DNA of 64,000 nucleotides. It comes from Macrostomum lignano. Lineage: Eukaryota. Below the pieces are notes generated by a model. The model was not told the DNA's origin. It did no database searches and saw nothing but the letters and a program-made list of their open reading frames with translations. A program made the position numbers and the translations under genes. The DNA lies in NCBI GenBank assembly GCA_002269645.1, contig NIVC01000014.1, positions 124,001 to 188,000 on the forward strand, read 5' to 3'. Shown here one piece after another: positions 24,520 through 36,950 of this stretch. Numbering within the stretch: the stretch's first letter is position 1; each line of letters opens with the position of its first letter.

Positions 24520-25695
24520 CTTTCTAGAATCCAGCACTCCTTAAACTCAGTTGAGAATCACCCGCTGTCTTCCTAGAATCCATCACTCGTTAAACTCACT
24601 TGAGAATCACACACTGTCTTCCTAGAATCCATCACTCGTTAAACTCACTTGAGAATCACACACTGTCTTCCTAGAATCCATCACTCGTTAAACTCACTTG
24701 AGAATCACCCGCTGTCTTCATAGAACCCATCACTCCTTAAACTCAGTTGAGAATCACCCGCTGTCTTCCTAGAATCCATCACTCCTTAAACTCACTTGAG
24801 AATCACCCGCTGTCTTCATAGAATCCATCACTCCTTAAACTCACTTGAGAATCACCCGCTGTCTTCATAGAATCCATCACTCCTTAAACTCACTTGAGAA
24901 TCACCCGCTGTCTTCATAGAATCCATCACTCGTTAAACTCACTTGAGAATCACACACTGTCTTCCTAGAATCCATCACTTCTTAAACTCAGTTGAGAATC
25001 ACCCGCTGTCTTTCTAGAATCCATCACTCGTTAAACTCAGTTGAGAATCACCCGCTGTCTTTCTAGAATCCATCACTCGTTAAACTCAGTTGAGAATCAC
25101 CCGCTGTCTTCCTAGAATCCATCACTCCTTAAACTCACTTGAGAATCACCCGCTGTCTTCATAGAATCCATCACTCCTTAAACTCAGTTGAGAATCACCC
25201 GCTGTCTTCCTAGAATCCATCACTCGTTAAACTCACTTGAGAATCACACACTGTCTTCCTAGAATCCATCACTCCTTAAACTCACTCGAGAATCACCCGC
25301 TGTCTTCATAGAATCCATCACTCCTTAAACTCAGTTGAGAATCACCCGCTGTCTTCCTAGAATCCATCACTCCTTAAACTCAGTTGAGAATCACCCGCTG
25401 TCTTCATAGAATCCATCACTCCTTAAACTCAGTTGAGAATCACACACTGTCTTCATAGAATCCATCACTCCTTAAACTCACTCGAGAATCACCCGCTGTC
25501 TTCCTAGAATCCATCACTCCTTAAACTCAGTTGAGAATCACCCGCTGTCTTCCTAGAATCCAGCACTCGTTAAACTCACTTGAGAATCACACACTGTCTT
25601 CCTAGAATCCAGCACTCCTTAAACTCACTTGAGAATCACACACTGTCTTCCTAGAATCCATCACTTCTTAAACTCACTTGAGAATCACCCGCAGT
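24520..25695. repeat. 49-bp minisatellite filling UCH-L intron 2
   Basis: CTAGAATCCATCACTCCTTAAACTCAGTTGAGAATCACCCGCTGTCTTC, about 24 copies, no spacers. Confidence 0.95.
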
Positions 25696-25744
25696 CTTAC
25701 AAGAGAACAAATTCTTAAACAAGTTTTGTTAATCAACCTTGCAG

Positions 25745-25827
25745 AGGACTCTACATTGGACAAGTTCTTCGCCAAAACCAAGGACTCAACGCCGGAGGAG
25801 CGGGCCAAAATAATGGAAACTGACGAG
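25745..25827 (+). CDS. UCHL3: UCH-L exon 3
   Basis: CTTGCAG acceptor; phase 1 in, phase 0 out. Encodes DSTLDKFFAKTKDSTPEERAKIMETDE. Confidence 0.85.
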
Positions 25828-26189
25828 GTACAGTCGCGTTTGAAGTTTATCGCCAAGCTTTTATCGTCGGGTGCCTCTGGCTCTGTTAGTGGTGGTGTTG
25901 GCGGTGCGAGAAGGAGGGACGCAACGGTGCGAAACAAAAGAATGTACATGTAAACATTATAGTGTTTTTCCTAGAATAGTAGCGCAGGTTTATTAAATGT
26001 ACTTTCTTCGTTTCGTTTAGTTGTGGGCGGTGTGGTTGAGATTAAGTACGTTCACTTTACATCACGATGATTCATAGATGTACATGTCAATGTCAGAGTT
26101 GAATATTTTTTCAATATAATTATCCAAAATAATGTCTAGAATCGTTACATATCGATTTTATTAATATCAATTCATTTTGGTTTTATTGA

Positions 26190-26420
26190 AAATCGATACA
26201 TATCGGCTTCATTAAAAATCGATACATATCGGCTTCATTAAAAATCGATACATATCGGCTTCATTAAAAATCGATACATATCGCCTTTTAAAAAATCGAT
26301 ACATATCGGCTTTGTTAAAAAAATCGATACATATCGGCTTTGTTAAAAAAATCGATACATATCGGCTTCATTGAAAATCGATACATATCGGTTTTATAAA
26401 AATCGATACATATCGGCTTT
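26190..26420. repeat. ~26-bp minisatellite (AAAATCGATACATATCGGCTTCATTA) in UCH-L intron 3
   Basis: Tandem units, plus one isolated unit at ~26537-26553. Confidence 0.92.
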
Positions 26421-26565
26421 ATAAAATCTACAGATAAGCAGAACATGCTTTAAGGATCTCAGACTTATGATTTGTATACGTACTAACTATACTACTAATC
26501 ATTAACAGTTGCAAATGACTAGCCTACATAAATTCTAATCGATACATATCGGCACCCGCACGCAG

Positions 26566-26844
26566 GGCTTGAACACCGCCCACGAGTCGGCAGCCACCGA
26601 AGGCCAAACCTCCGCTCCTGACCGGGAGTCGCGCACGAATCTTCACTACATCGCTCTGCTGAATCGGGGCGGCAAAATTCTAGAATTCGACGGCCGGCGC
26701 GATGGCCCAGTTAGTCACGGCGACACCAACGAGTCGAACTTTCTCGCCGATTCCGCTACTGTTGTGCAGAAGTTCATGGCTAGGCAGAGCGACGATCTCA
26801 ACTTTAGCATTGTAGCTTTGGCTAAGGGCGAGTCGCCGTTTTGA
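26566..26844 (+). CDS. UCHL3: UCH-L exon 4 (terminal)
   Basis: CACGCAG acceptor. Encodes AHESAATEGQT, LHYIAL (catalytic His), EFDGR (catalytic Asp) and FSIVAL, then TGA. The spliced CDS is 687 nt, 228 aa. Confidence 0.93.
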   Translation, partial: GLNTAHESAATEGQTSAPDRESRTNLHYIALLNRGGKILEFDGRRDGPVSHGDTNESNFLADSATVVQKFMARQSDDLNFSIVALAKGESPF

Positions 26845-27059
26845 ATGCAGGACTTTTTGAGACAAAAATACTGCTTGCTAATGTTTGATTGACTGAACTT
26901 TCTTATCCAGGATGATGGATCAAGCATTAGTTGGACCACCGAGTATTTCATGGAGCGTTATTTCAAAATCTAAGATATAAATGCTTATTAAAAATAATAA
27001 GCATTAGAATCTAGTGGATCTGTGGAGTCATTGTGATGGGTCACTGTTGAAGATCTCAG

Positions 27060-27775
27060 AGGTTGCTGAAGATCTTTTAGGTGTCACTGAGGATCTCTAA
27101 GGGTTCACTGAGGATCTTTGAGGGTTCACTGAGGAGCTCTGAGGGTTCACTGAGGAGCTCTGAGGGTTCACTGAGGATCTCTAAGGGTTCACTGAGGAGC
27201 TCTGAGGGTTCACTGAGGATCTCTGAGGGTTCACTGAGGAGCTCTGAGGGTTCACTGAGGATCTTTGAGGGTTCACTGAGGATCTCTGAGGGTTCACTGA
27301 GGATCTTTGAGAGTTCACTGAGGAGCTCTGAGTGTTCACTGAGGATCTCTGGGGGTTCACTGAGGATCTTTGAGGGTTCACTGAGGAGCTCTGAGGGTTC
27401 ACTGAGGATCTCTGAGGGTTCACTGAGGATCTCTGAGGGTTCACTGAGGATCTGAAGAGTCACTAAGGATCTCTGAGGGTTCACTGAGGATCTGAAGAGT
27501 CACTAAGGATCTCTGAGGGTTCACTGAGGATCTGAAGAGTCACTAAGGATCTCTGAGGGTTCACTGAGGATCTGAAGAGTCACTGAGGATCTCTGAGGGT
27601 TCACTGAGGATCTGAAGAGTCACTGAGGATCTCTGAGGGTTCACTGAGGATCTGAAGAGTCACTGAGGATCTCTGAGGGTTCACTGAGGATCTGAAGAGT
27701 CACTGAGGATCTCTGAGGGTTCACTGAGGATCTGAAGAGTCACTGAGGATCTCTGAGGGTTCACTGAGGATCTGA
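27060..27775. repeat. 21-bp minisatellite switching to a 40-bp higher-order unit
   Basis: GATCTCTGAGGGTTCACTGAG monomers; after ~27430 they alternate with GATCTGAAGAGTCACTGAG. Confidence 0.95.
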
Positions 27776-28234
27776 GGGCTTTGCCATCTTATATGTGTTC
27801 CAGCTTAAGCTTATAAAAGCCGAAACAATTTTGTTTCGAAAAGGCATCTAAAATCAATCCAAACATTTCTTGTTTTACGAGTATAAATGCTTTGAAGTCC
27901 AAAATTTATATATTTTACTGTTGCTAATATCCAACTATTCAGCCCTGTGAATTCTGCTAAGCATGCTCCTGACCCTCTAATATTGTTTTTCTAATTACAC
28001 ACGTATTCAGCAAAATAGGCAACTGCTTATTAACTTAAACAGGCAAATTCTTGCTTCAAACATTGTCGTGACCGGTGTTGAGAAAAAGTTAAATAAATTG
28101 CCTTTGCCATGAAATTGATAAAGTTATGAATAAATATTTTCACTTTGGAAATCTTAGTAACCAATTGCTACCAATGGATAAAATTATTTGAATTAGATTT
28201 GTTAATTTTTTTATTTCCATTTTAAGCAATAATA

Positions 28235-30095
28235 TGGATAAACAAACTGCAGTTCCTTCAGGGAAAACTAGGACTGGATAAACACAAACTGCAGTTCTTT
28301 CAGGGAAAACTATTACTGGATAAACACAAACTGCAGTTCTTTCAGGGAAAACTATTACTAGATAAACACAAACTGCAGTTCCTTCAGGGAAAACTAGGAC
28401 TGGATAAACACAAACTGCAGTTCTTTCAGGGAAAACTATTACTGGATAAACACAAACTGCAGTTCTTTCAGGGAAAACTATTACTAGATAAACACAAACT
28501 GCAGTTCCTTCAGGGAAAACTAGGACTGGATAAACACAAACTGCAGTTCTTTTAGGGAAAACTATTACTGGATAAACACAAACTGCAGTTCCTTCAGGGA
28601 AAACTATTACTGGATAAACACAAACTGCAGTTCTTTCAGGGAAAACTATTACTGGATAAACACAAACTGCAGTTCCTTCAGGGAAAACTAGGACTGGATA
28701 AACACAAACTGCAGTTCCTTCAGGAAAAACTATTATTGGATAAACACAAACTGCAGTTCTTTCAGGGAAAACTATTACTGGATAAACACAAACTGCAGTT
28801 CTTTCAGGGAAAACTATTACTGGATAAACACAAACTGCAGTACCTTCAGAGAAAACTATTACTAGATAAACACAAACTGCAGTTCCTTCAGGGAAAACTA
28901 TTACTGGATAAACACAAACTGCAGTACCTTCAGAGAAAACTATTACTAGATAAACACAAACTGCAGTTCCTTCAGGGAAAACTATTACTGGATAAACACA
29001 AACTGCAGTTCTTTCAGGGAAAACTATTACTGGATAAACACAAACTGCAGTTCCTTCAGGGAAAACTAGGACTGGATAAACACAAACTGCAGTTCCTTCA
29101 GGAAAAACTATTACTGGATAAACACAAACTGCAGTTCTTTCAGGGAAAACTAGGACTGGATAAACACAAACTGCAGTTCCTTCAGGGAAAACTATTACTG
29201 GATAAACACAAACTGCAGTTCTTTCAGGGAAAACTATTACTGGATAAACACAAACTGCAGTTCCTTCAGGGAAAACTAGGACTGGATAAACACAAACTGC
29301 AGTTCCTTCAGGAAAAACTATTACTGGATAAACACAAACTGCAGTTCTTTCAGGGAAAACTATTACTGGATAAACACAAACTGCAGTACCTTCAGAGAAA
29401 ACTATTACTGGATAAACACAAACTGCAGTTCTTTCAGGGAAAACTATTACTGGATAAACACAAACTGCAGTACCTTCAGAGAAAACTATTACTGGATAAA
29501 CACAAACTGCAGTTCTTTTAGGGAAAACTATTACTGGATAAACACAAACTGCAGTACCTTCAGAGAAAACTATTACTAGATAAACACAAACTGCATTTCC
29601 TTCAGGGAAAACTATTACTGGATAAACACAAACTGCAGTTCTTTCAGGGAAAACTATTACTGGATAAACACAAACTGCAGTTCCTTCAGGGAAAACTAGG
29701 ACTGGATAAACACAAACTGCAGTTCCTTCAGGAAAAACTATTACTGGATAAACACAAACTGCAGTTCTTTCAGGGAAAACTATTACTGGATAAACACAAA
29801 CTGCAGTACCTTCAGAGAAAACTATTACTAGATAAACACAAACTGCAGTTCCTTCAGGAAAAAATATTACTGGATAAACACAAACTGCAGTACCTTCAGA
29901 GAAAACTATTACTAGATAAACACAAACTGCATTTCCTTCAGGGAAAACTATTACTGGATAAACACAAACTGCAGTACCTTCAGAGAAAACTATTACTAGA
30001 TAAACACAAACTGCATTTCCTTCAGGGAAAACTATTACTGGATAAACACAAACTGCAGTTCTTTCAGGGAAAACTATTACTGGATAACCAAACTG
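28235..30095. repeat. 42-bp minisatellite
   Basis: GGATAAACACAAACTGCAGTTCCTTCAGGGAAAACTATTACT, about 44 copies. Confidence 0.95.
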
Positions 30096-30554
30096 CAGGT
30101 GTGGCGCCAGCACTCCACCGGCGCCCCCCCCCCCCTACCGCCAATAAAAGCGCCTGTCTGCAAGGCTGCAGCTGTGTGTCCATTGGTGAATTTAAACAGC
30201 CATTAAAGCCCGTGGCAAGCCCACCGCTATCTATTGGCCGACCCAAATCTATCCAACCAGCGCAAACCTAGCGATAGGATGTGCACCGTGTGCTTGCTTT
30301 TAAAATGCAGCTTAAATGCTAATTTGCCTCTGTTTCCCGGACACCCTGCTTCAGTGCCCCCTGTCTTGCCTGATATGCAGATCGGTAATTAAAGAACGGA
30401 ATTTTTAACTGAGTCCACGTTTTAGGCGATACTTGGTGAGTTAGAAAGGATACTCGTACTACAACAAATTTGTACTTTTCAATAAATTCCAGCATGTGAG
30501 TCACTGAAAACTCAACTTCACTTTCTCGGCTGCTTTGAAAAAAACTTTATGATG

Positions 30555-31395
30555 GAATCTACCCCCATTCCCCAAACATTTCAGGTGGAATCTACCCCAC
30601 TCCCAAAACATTTCAGGTGAAATCTACCCCATTCCCCAAACATTTCAGGTGGAATCTACCCCATTCCCCAAACATTTCAGGTGGAATCTACCCCATTCCC
30701 CAAACATTTCAGGTGGAATCTACCCCATTCCCCAAACATTTGAGGTGGAATCTACCCCATTCCCCAAACATTTCAGGTGGAATCTACCCCACTCCCAAAA
30801 CATTTCAGGTGGAATCTACCCCATTCCCCAAACATTTCAAGTGGAATCTACCCCATTCCCCAAACATTTCAGGTGGAATCTACCCCACTCCCAAAACATT
30901 TCAGGTGGAATCTACCCCACTCCCAAAACATTTCAGGTGAAATCTACCCCATTCCCCAAACATTTCAGGTGGAATCTACCCCATTCCCCAAACATTTCAG
31001 GTGGAATCTACCCCATTCCCCAAACATTTCAGGTGGAATCTACCCCATTCCCCAAACATTTGAGGTGGAATCTACCCCATTCCCCAAACATTTCAGGTGG
31101 AATCTACCCCACTCCCAAAACATTTCAGGTGGAATCTACCCCATTCCCCAAACATTTCAAGTGGAATCTACCCCATTCCCCAAACATTTCAGGTGGAATC
31201 TACCCCACTCCCAAAACATTTCAGGTGGAATCTACCCCATTCCCCAAACATTTCAGGTGGAATCTACCCCATTGCCCAAACATTTCAGGTGGAATCTACC
31301 CCACTCCCAAAACATTTCAGGTGGAATCTACCCTATTCCCCAAACATTTCAGGTGGAATCTACCCCATTGCCCAAACATTTCAGGTGGAATCCAC
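30555..31395. repeat. 32-bp minisatellite
   Basis: AGGTGGAATCTACCCCATTCCCCAAACATTTC units ending ~50 bp before the aminotransferase ATG. Confidence 0.95.
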
Positions 31396-31442
31396 ATTAG
31401 CACACATGCAAACCCCTTAACCCCCTCCCGCCCCAAACAGAG

Positions 31443-33026
31443 ATGTCTTCCTCATCTTCATCAGACGGCCACGATCAGCAGCTGCCAACTCCGCTGTCAG
31501 TGCCGCTGTCTCAACTGAGCAGTCCGGCTGCTAAACTGTCCACCAGCTTGGAGCTGCGACGGCGTCAGGAGACAGGCGAGCCGATTGTCAATCTGGCGTT
31601 TGGTCAGTCGCCGTTCCCGCCGCTGGAGACTGGCGTTCGAGCGCTGCGCCAGTTCGCCGAGGCCAGCCACTATCTGCCGACGCCCGGGCTGGAGGAGCTC
31701 CGCCAGATGCTGGTGGAATTCCACGAACACTACGACAGTTTCGAGCAGTTCAATTCGCGCGACGTTGTTGTCGGTCCGGGCGCGAGGCAGCTGACCTTCC
31801 TTGTCAGTCTGGTGTTTGACGGTCCCGTGCTCGTACCCACACCGGCGTGGCCCGCCTATGCCGCACAGGCCGCTCTCAGCGGCAGCCGGCGACACTGGCC
31901 GGTGCCTCTGTCCGCCGATACCGACTGGAAGCTCAACTGCGACGCTCTGGATCGAGCGGCTCGCTCAGCCGGGTCAGATCCGCGCCAGCCGAAGCTGCTG
32001 ATCATGTGCAATCCGGACAATCCGACCGGTCTGTCCTACGGCCGCAAAGAGCTCGAGTCCTTGGCCGCGTATCTGCGCAGCAACTCCTATATTGTAGCGT
32101 GCGACGAAGTGTACGCCAGGCTGCACTTCGGTGACGAGTTCTATTCGTTGGCCAGCTATTACCCGGAGGGCACAGTGGTGGTTAGCGGCCTGTCCAAGTG
32201 GGCCAGTCTGGGCGGCTGGCGTCTGGGCTACGCTCTGTTCCCGGAGGAGCTGGCCGAGCTCCGGCTGGCGGTGGTCAGCGCCGCCTCGCACACGTTCGCT
32301 TGCGCGCCAACCCCGGCGCAGTTCGCCGTAGTTCGACTGTTGCGCGACCTGCACTCGGCCAACGCCTACATGCGGCACTGCAGGCGCGTGCTAGCGGCCG
32401 TGGCCGCCTACGCCTGCAAGAAGCTGCGCTCGGCGGGTCTCCTAGCAACCGAGCCGCAAGCCGGCTACAGTCTGCTAGTAGATTTCGAGCCAGTTCGCGA
32501 GCACCTGGCCAAGGAGGGCCTGACAACTGGCGAGCAGCTGTGCGAGCGGCTCCTGGCTGAGCTGGGCATCGCCCTGCTGCCCTGCTCCGGCACCTTCGAC
32601 CGGCCCGACGACGAGCTCACGCTCCGGCTCTGCTTCGTCGACTTTGACGGCTACCGAGCTTTCGCCGAGTGCCGTCGCCGGCCAGTGGCCAACGCCGAGA
32701 TGCAGCCGTTAGGCGAGGAGTTCGTCAGGAATTTCTGCGACCCGACAGCCTCGGCGGTGGCCAAACTTGCGGCCTGGACTCGCGCCCTGCGTGGCTGGCA
32801 GCCCGAGGATGAAGAAGGTGCCGTCGCATCCGCCGATCCTGACACCTCCGTTGCCGCAGACGCGGATGGAGCGAAACTCAACACAGCTGAATCTGCTGCC
32901 GCTTCCGCGCCTTCAGCCCCTGAACCTTCGGCGCCCAGTGCCAGCGACATCGAAGAGTACAGTAAAGATCTAGTCGATGACGTCATACTCATTGCTCAGG
33001 CGGAGTGGGTTGGCTGCAAAATTTGA
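31443..33026 (+). CDS. Class I/II PLP-dependent aminotransferase (aspartate aminotransferase-like), single-exon CDS, 527 aa
   Basis: Motifs NLAFGQSPFP, CNPDNPTG, DEVY and SGLSKWASLGGWRLGY (PLP-binding Lys), and RLCF (substrate Arg). GC-rich codon usage. Confidence 0.92.
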   Translation: MSSSSSSDGHDQQLPTPLSVPLSQLSSPAAKLSTSLELRRRQETGEPIVNLAFGQSPFPPLETGVRALRQFAEASHYLPTPGLEELRQMLVEFHEHYDSFEQFNSRDVVVGPGARQLTFLVSLVFDGPVLVPTPAWPAYAAQAALSGSRRHWPVPLSADTDWKLNCDALDRAARSAGSDPRQPKLLIMCNPDNPTGLSYGRKELESLAAYLRSNSYIVACDEVYARLHFGDEFYSLASYYPEGTVVVSGLSKWASLGGWRLGYALFPEELAELRLAVVSAASHTFACAPTPAQFAVVRLLRDLHSANAYMRHCRRVLAAVAAYACKKLRSAGLLATEPQAGYSLLVDFEPVREHLAKEGLTTGEQLCERLLAELGIALLPCSGTFDRPDDELTLRLCFVDFDGYRAFAECRRRPVANAEMQPLGEEFVRNFCDPTASAVAKLAAWTRALRGWQPEDEEGAVASADPDTSVAADADGAKLNTAESAAASAPSAPEPSAPSASDIEEYSKDLVDDVILIAQAEWVGCKI

Positions 33027-33369
33027 CGGAGATTTTTTGACACATTTAATTACGACGTATTAGCTCGTATCACGAGACTATTAATGTTTGCGAAAAAAAT
33101 AATTCTCGATAACATTGAATAACACTAGCTGGCCAATCTTGAGCTTACTAGAAATGTCATCTGCGATATCATTGACCTATATAGATTTCAATTTGAAGGT
33201 TTTCATTTTGATCGAAATTTGTACAGCTAAATATGTCGCTATTCCGTCGATAAACAAGGTAAGCCCATTCTAAAATAAATTCACCCAAACACAATTGGAC
33301 ATTCTACCATACTCGTACTTATATAATAACCTCATTATGCCTTCAACTAACCACATAACTTTTATTATT

Positions 33370-34120
33370 AAAATATTATTCCCTGGCCTTGAGAATCAAG
33401 AGGTAGCATTATATCTCTGTGACCTTGAGAATCTGGGGATATCATGATGTCTCTTTGACCTTGAAAATCCGGAGGTAGCATGATGCCTTTATGTCTTTGA
33501 CATTGAGAATCCGGGGGAGCATGATATCTCTGTGACCTTGAGAATCCGGGGGGGTAGCATGATGTCTCTTTGACCTTGAGAAACCGGGGGGTAGCATGAT
33601 GTCTCTTTGACCTTGAGAGTCCATGGGGTAGCATGATGTCTCTTTGACCTTGAGAAACCGAGGGTAGCATGATATCTCTGTGGCCTTGAGAATCCGGGAG
33701 AGCATGATATCTCTGTGGCCTTGAGAATCCGGGGATAGCATGATGTCTCTTTGACCTTGAGAATCCCGGGGGTAGCATGATGTCTCTGTGGCCTTGAGAA
33801 TCAGCATTATATCTCTGTGGCCTTGAGAATCCGGGGGAGCATGATATCTCTGTGGCCTTGAGAATCAAGGGGGTAACATTATTTCTCTGTGGTCTTGAGA
33901 ATCCGGGAGGTAGCATGATGTCTCTTTGACATTGAGAATCCTGAGAAGCATGTCTTTGTGGCCTTACAATTCGGCTGGAGCATGATCTCTATTTGACCTT
34001 GAAAATGCGATGGGAGCATGACATCTCTTTGACCTTGAGAATCCGGGTCGGGGGTAACATGATGTCTTGATCTGTGACCTTGATAATTCGGAGAAGGGCA
34101 TGATGTCTCCTTTACCTTGA
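33370..34120. repeat. ~33-35-bp degenerate minisatellite
   Basis: GAGAATCCGGG..AGCATGATGTCTCTTTGACCTT units. Confidence 0.9.
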
Positions 34121-34559
34121 TACAAGCGTAATTGCAACTGGGGAAGTACAAAGCGTCCCCATTACTGTCGTAAATTGGCTGAAGATGGAGCGAAAGGAGT
34201 TAAGCGGTAACCACTTCTTAATGAAGGTACAGAGAGCTCCAAGCAACGTACCTGTTAGCTGAATTAATGCACCAGCATTGGACTCAGATTGGAAGAGACT
34301 TAATGTTGCAATCCTGCGGCCATTTTGGCCAGAAAAAATGAATGAAATTATTTTTTCGAGTCTGAAGTATGTACGCAGCATGGCGACTTCAGCTTTGATT
34401 GATGAAATGTCCTCTCGAGAGACCCGGTGCGCTCTCAGCCCGACACCAACCACTCACTCAACCGCTCGATTCTCTTCGTTTCATGATGATGTTGATAAGC
34501 TGCGGTTTTTGGAGAAGAAAATTGGCACCTCTGAAATAGCTTCTAATTATTTTCTTGTT

Positions 34560-35205
34560 GACCGTACGAGAGTGAAGTGGGTGAGAGTGAAGAGGCTGAG
34601 AGTGAAGTGGGTGAGAGTGAAGAGGCTGAGAGTGAAGTGGGTGAGAGTGATGAGGGTGGGAGTGAAGTGGGTGAGAGTGATGAGGGTGGGAGTGAAGGAG
34701 ATGAAAGTGAAGAGGCTGAGGGTGAAGGGCTGAAAGTGACGACACTGAGAGTGAAGAGAGTGAGAGTGAAGAGGCTGAGAGTGAACAGGGTGAGAGTAAA
34801 GAGGGTGAGAGCGAAGGGTGTGAGAGTGAAGAGGGTGAGAGTAAAGGGTGTGAGAGTGAAGAGGGTGAGAGTAAAGGGTGTGAGAGTGAAGAGGGTGAGA
34901 GTAAAGGGCGTGAGAGTGAACAGGGTGAGAGTGAAGGGCGTGAGAGTGAAGAGGGTGAGAGTAAAGGGCGTGAGAGTGAAGAGGGTGAGAGTGAAGAGGG
35001 TGAGAGTAAAGGGTGTGAGAGTGAAGAGGGTGAGAGTGAAGGGCGTGAGAGTGAAGAGGGTGAGAGTAAAGGGCGTGAGAGTGAAGAGGGTGAGAGTAAA
35101 GGGCGTGAGAGTGAAGAGGGTGAGAGTAAAGGGCGTGAGAGTGAAGAGGGTGAGAGTAAAGGGCGTGAGAGTGAAGAGGGTGCGAATGAAGGGCGTGAGA
35201 GTGAA
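34560..35205. repeat. Purine-rich 15/30-bp minisatellite (GAGAGTGAAGAGGGT)
   Basis: Tandem units. Confidence 0.9.
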
Positions 35206-35769
35206 GAGGATGATAGGGATATCCGGCAACTCTGCAACTATACCCAAAAAGGGATATAAACTTGGTCATATCTCTAAGCCAGGGCTGTCAAAGAGCAGCC
35301 CTCTCGTCGGGCAGGTTTCGAATCAGAGGTTAGGAGACGGAGAGCTCATGATCTGATTAACGAGGTGTCTCCCCATACCCTCGCCCGAGTCCCTAAACTC
35401 AATAATCTGGATGGAAGATCGTTATCCGCATCATAAATCTACTTACCAAGCTTGGGAAGTCTGCCTTGCATATTCCGTAAGGATTTGGGAGAAAATTTAA
35501 TATTAGAAAATATTATTTTGTGACGCATTGAGCAGCTGAAATAGGATTTATGGCAGTATTATTCCTCTAAAAAAACACTCACCCTCAGTAATACTATATA
35601 GGGATGCAGCAAGCAGTGAGAGGGTGGCAACTGTCTGTCATTCATGAGCAAATTGAATTATGAATTATTAAAGTGGATTTCACTGCACGCTGGTCTATCT
35701 GCTCAAGTTTTGGGCTAAAAATCTGTCAGGCAGGTTTTTCGTCCCGGCGAACGTCGGGCGCAAAGCGAG

Positions 35770-36950
35770 GTTGTCGGGAGTGTCAAACTTAGGAGTGTCC
35801 GAAGCGTCAGGAGTGTCAGGAGCATCAGGAGTGTCAGGAGTGTCAGGAGTGTCAGGAGCATCAGGAGTGTCAGGAGTGTCAGGAGCATCAGGAGCATCAG
35901 GAGTGTCAGGAGTGTCAGGAGTGTCAGGAGTGTCAGGAGTATCAAGAGTGTCAGAAGCATTAGGAGTATCAGGAGTGTCAGAAGCATCAGGAGCATCAGG
36001 AGTGTCAGGAGTGTCAGGAGCATCAGGAGCATCAGGAGTGTCAGGAGTGTCAGGAGCATCAGGAGTGTCAGGAGTGTCAGGAGCATCAGGAGCATCAGGA
36101 GTGTCAGGAGTGTCAGGAGTATCAGGAGTGTCAGGAGCATCAGAAGCATCAGTAGTGTCAGGAGCATCAGGAGTGTCAGGAGTGTCAGGAGTGTCAGGAG
36201 CATCAGGAGTGTCAGGAGCATCAGGAGTGTCAGGAGTGTCAGGAGTGTCAGGAGCATCAGGAGTGTCAGGAGTGTCAGGAGTGTCAGGAGTGTCAGGAGC
36301 ATCAGGAGTGTCAGGAGTGTCAGGAGTGTCAGAAGCATTAGAAGTGTCAGGAGCATCAGGAGTGTCAGAAGTGTCAGGAGTTTCAGGAGTGTCAGGAGTG
36401 TCAGGAGTGTCAGGAGCATCAGGAGTGTCAGGAGTGTCAGGAGTGTCAGAAGCATTAGAAGTGTCAGGAGCATCAGGAGTGTCAGGAGTGTCAGAAGCAT
36501 TAGAAGTGTCAGGAGCATCAGGAGTGTCAGGAGTGTCAGGAGTTTCAGGAGTGTCAGGAGTGTCAGGAGCATCAGGAGTTTCAGGAGTGTCAGGAGTGTT
36601 AGGAGTGTCAGGAGCATCAGGAGTGTCAGGAGTGTCAGGAGTTTCAGGAGTGTCAGGAGTGTCAGGAGTGTCAGGAGCATCAGGAGTGTCAGGAGTGTCA
36701 GGAGTTTCAGGAGTGTCAGGAGTGTCAGGAGTGTCAGGAGCATCAGGAGTGTCAGAAGCATCAGGAGTGTCAGGAGCATCAGGAGTGTCAGAAGCATCAG
36801 GAGTGTCAGGAGCATCAGGAGTGTCAGAAGCATCAGGAGTGTCAGGAGCATCAGGAGTGTCAGGAGCATCAGGAGTGTCAGGAGTGTCAGGAGCATCAGG
36901 AGTGTCAGGAGCGTCAGAAGCATCAGGAGTGTCAGGAGCAGGAAGCTGAA
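35770..36950. repeat. 9-bp minisatellite (TCAGGAGTG/TCAGGAGCA); minus strand reads (PDT/PDA)n
   Basis: About 130 units with the frame never broken. Confidence 0.92.

Noticed and set aside
24520-25695. CRISPR-like regular array
   Set aside because: The units are contiguous with no unique spacers, there are no cas genes, and the array lies in a spliceosomal intron.
28140-30113. 657-aa ORF and overlapping 261-aa ORF
   Set aside because: They are translations of a 42-bp minisatellite whose unit is a multiple of 3 and lacks stops; there are no domain features.
31497-32992. Many antisense and alternate-frame ORFs over the aminotransferase
   Set aside because: They are expected shadows of a GC-rich CDS.
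31443-33026. Bacterial contamination
   Set aside because: The gene is contiguous with eukaryotic minisatellites, has an upstream splice acceptor, and has no operon context or Shine-Dalgarno signal.
34112-35400. Acidic ESEEGES-type or VRVK ORFs and flanking coding-like sequence
   Set aside because: The frame breaks within the array, the flanks contain stops, and no homology was recognised.
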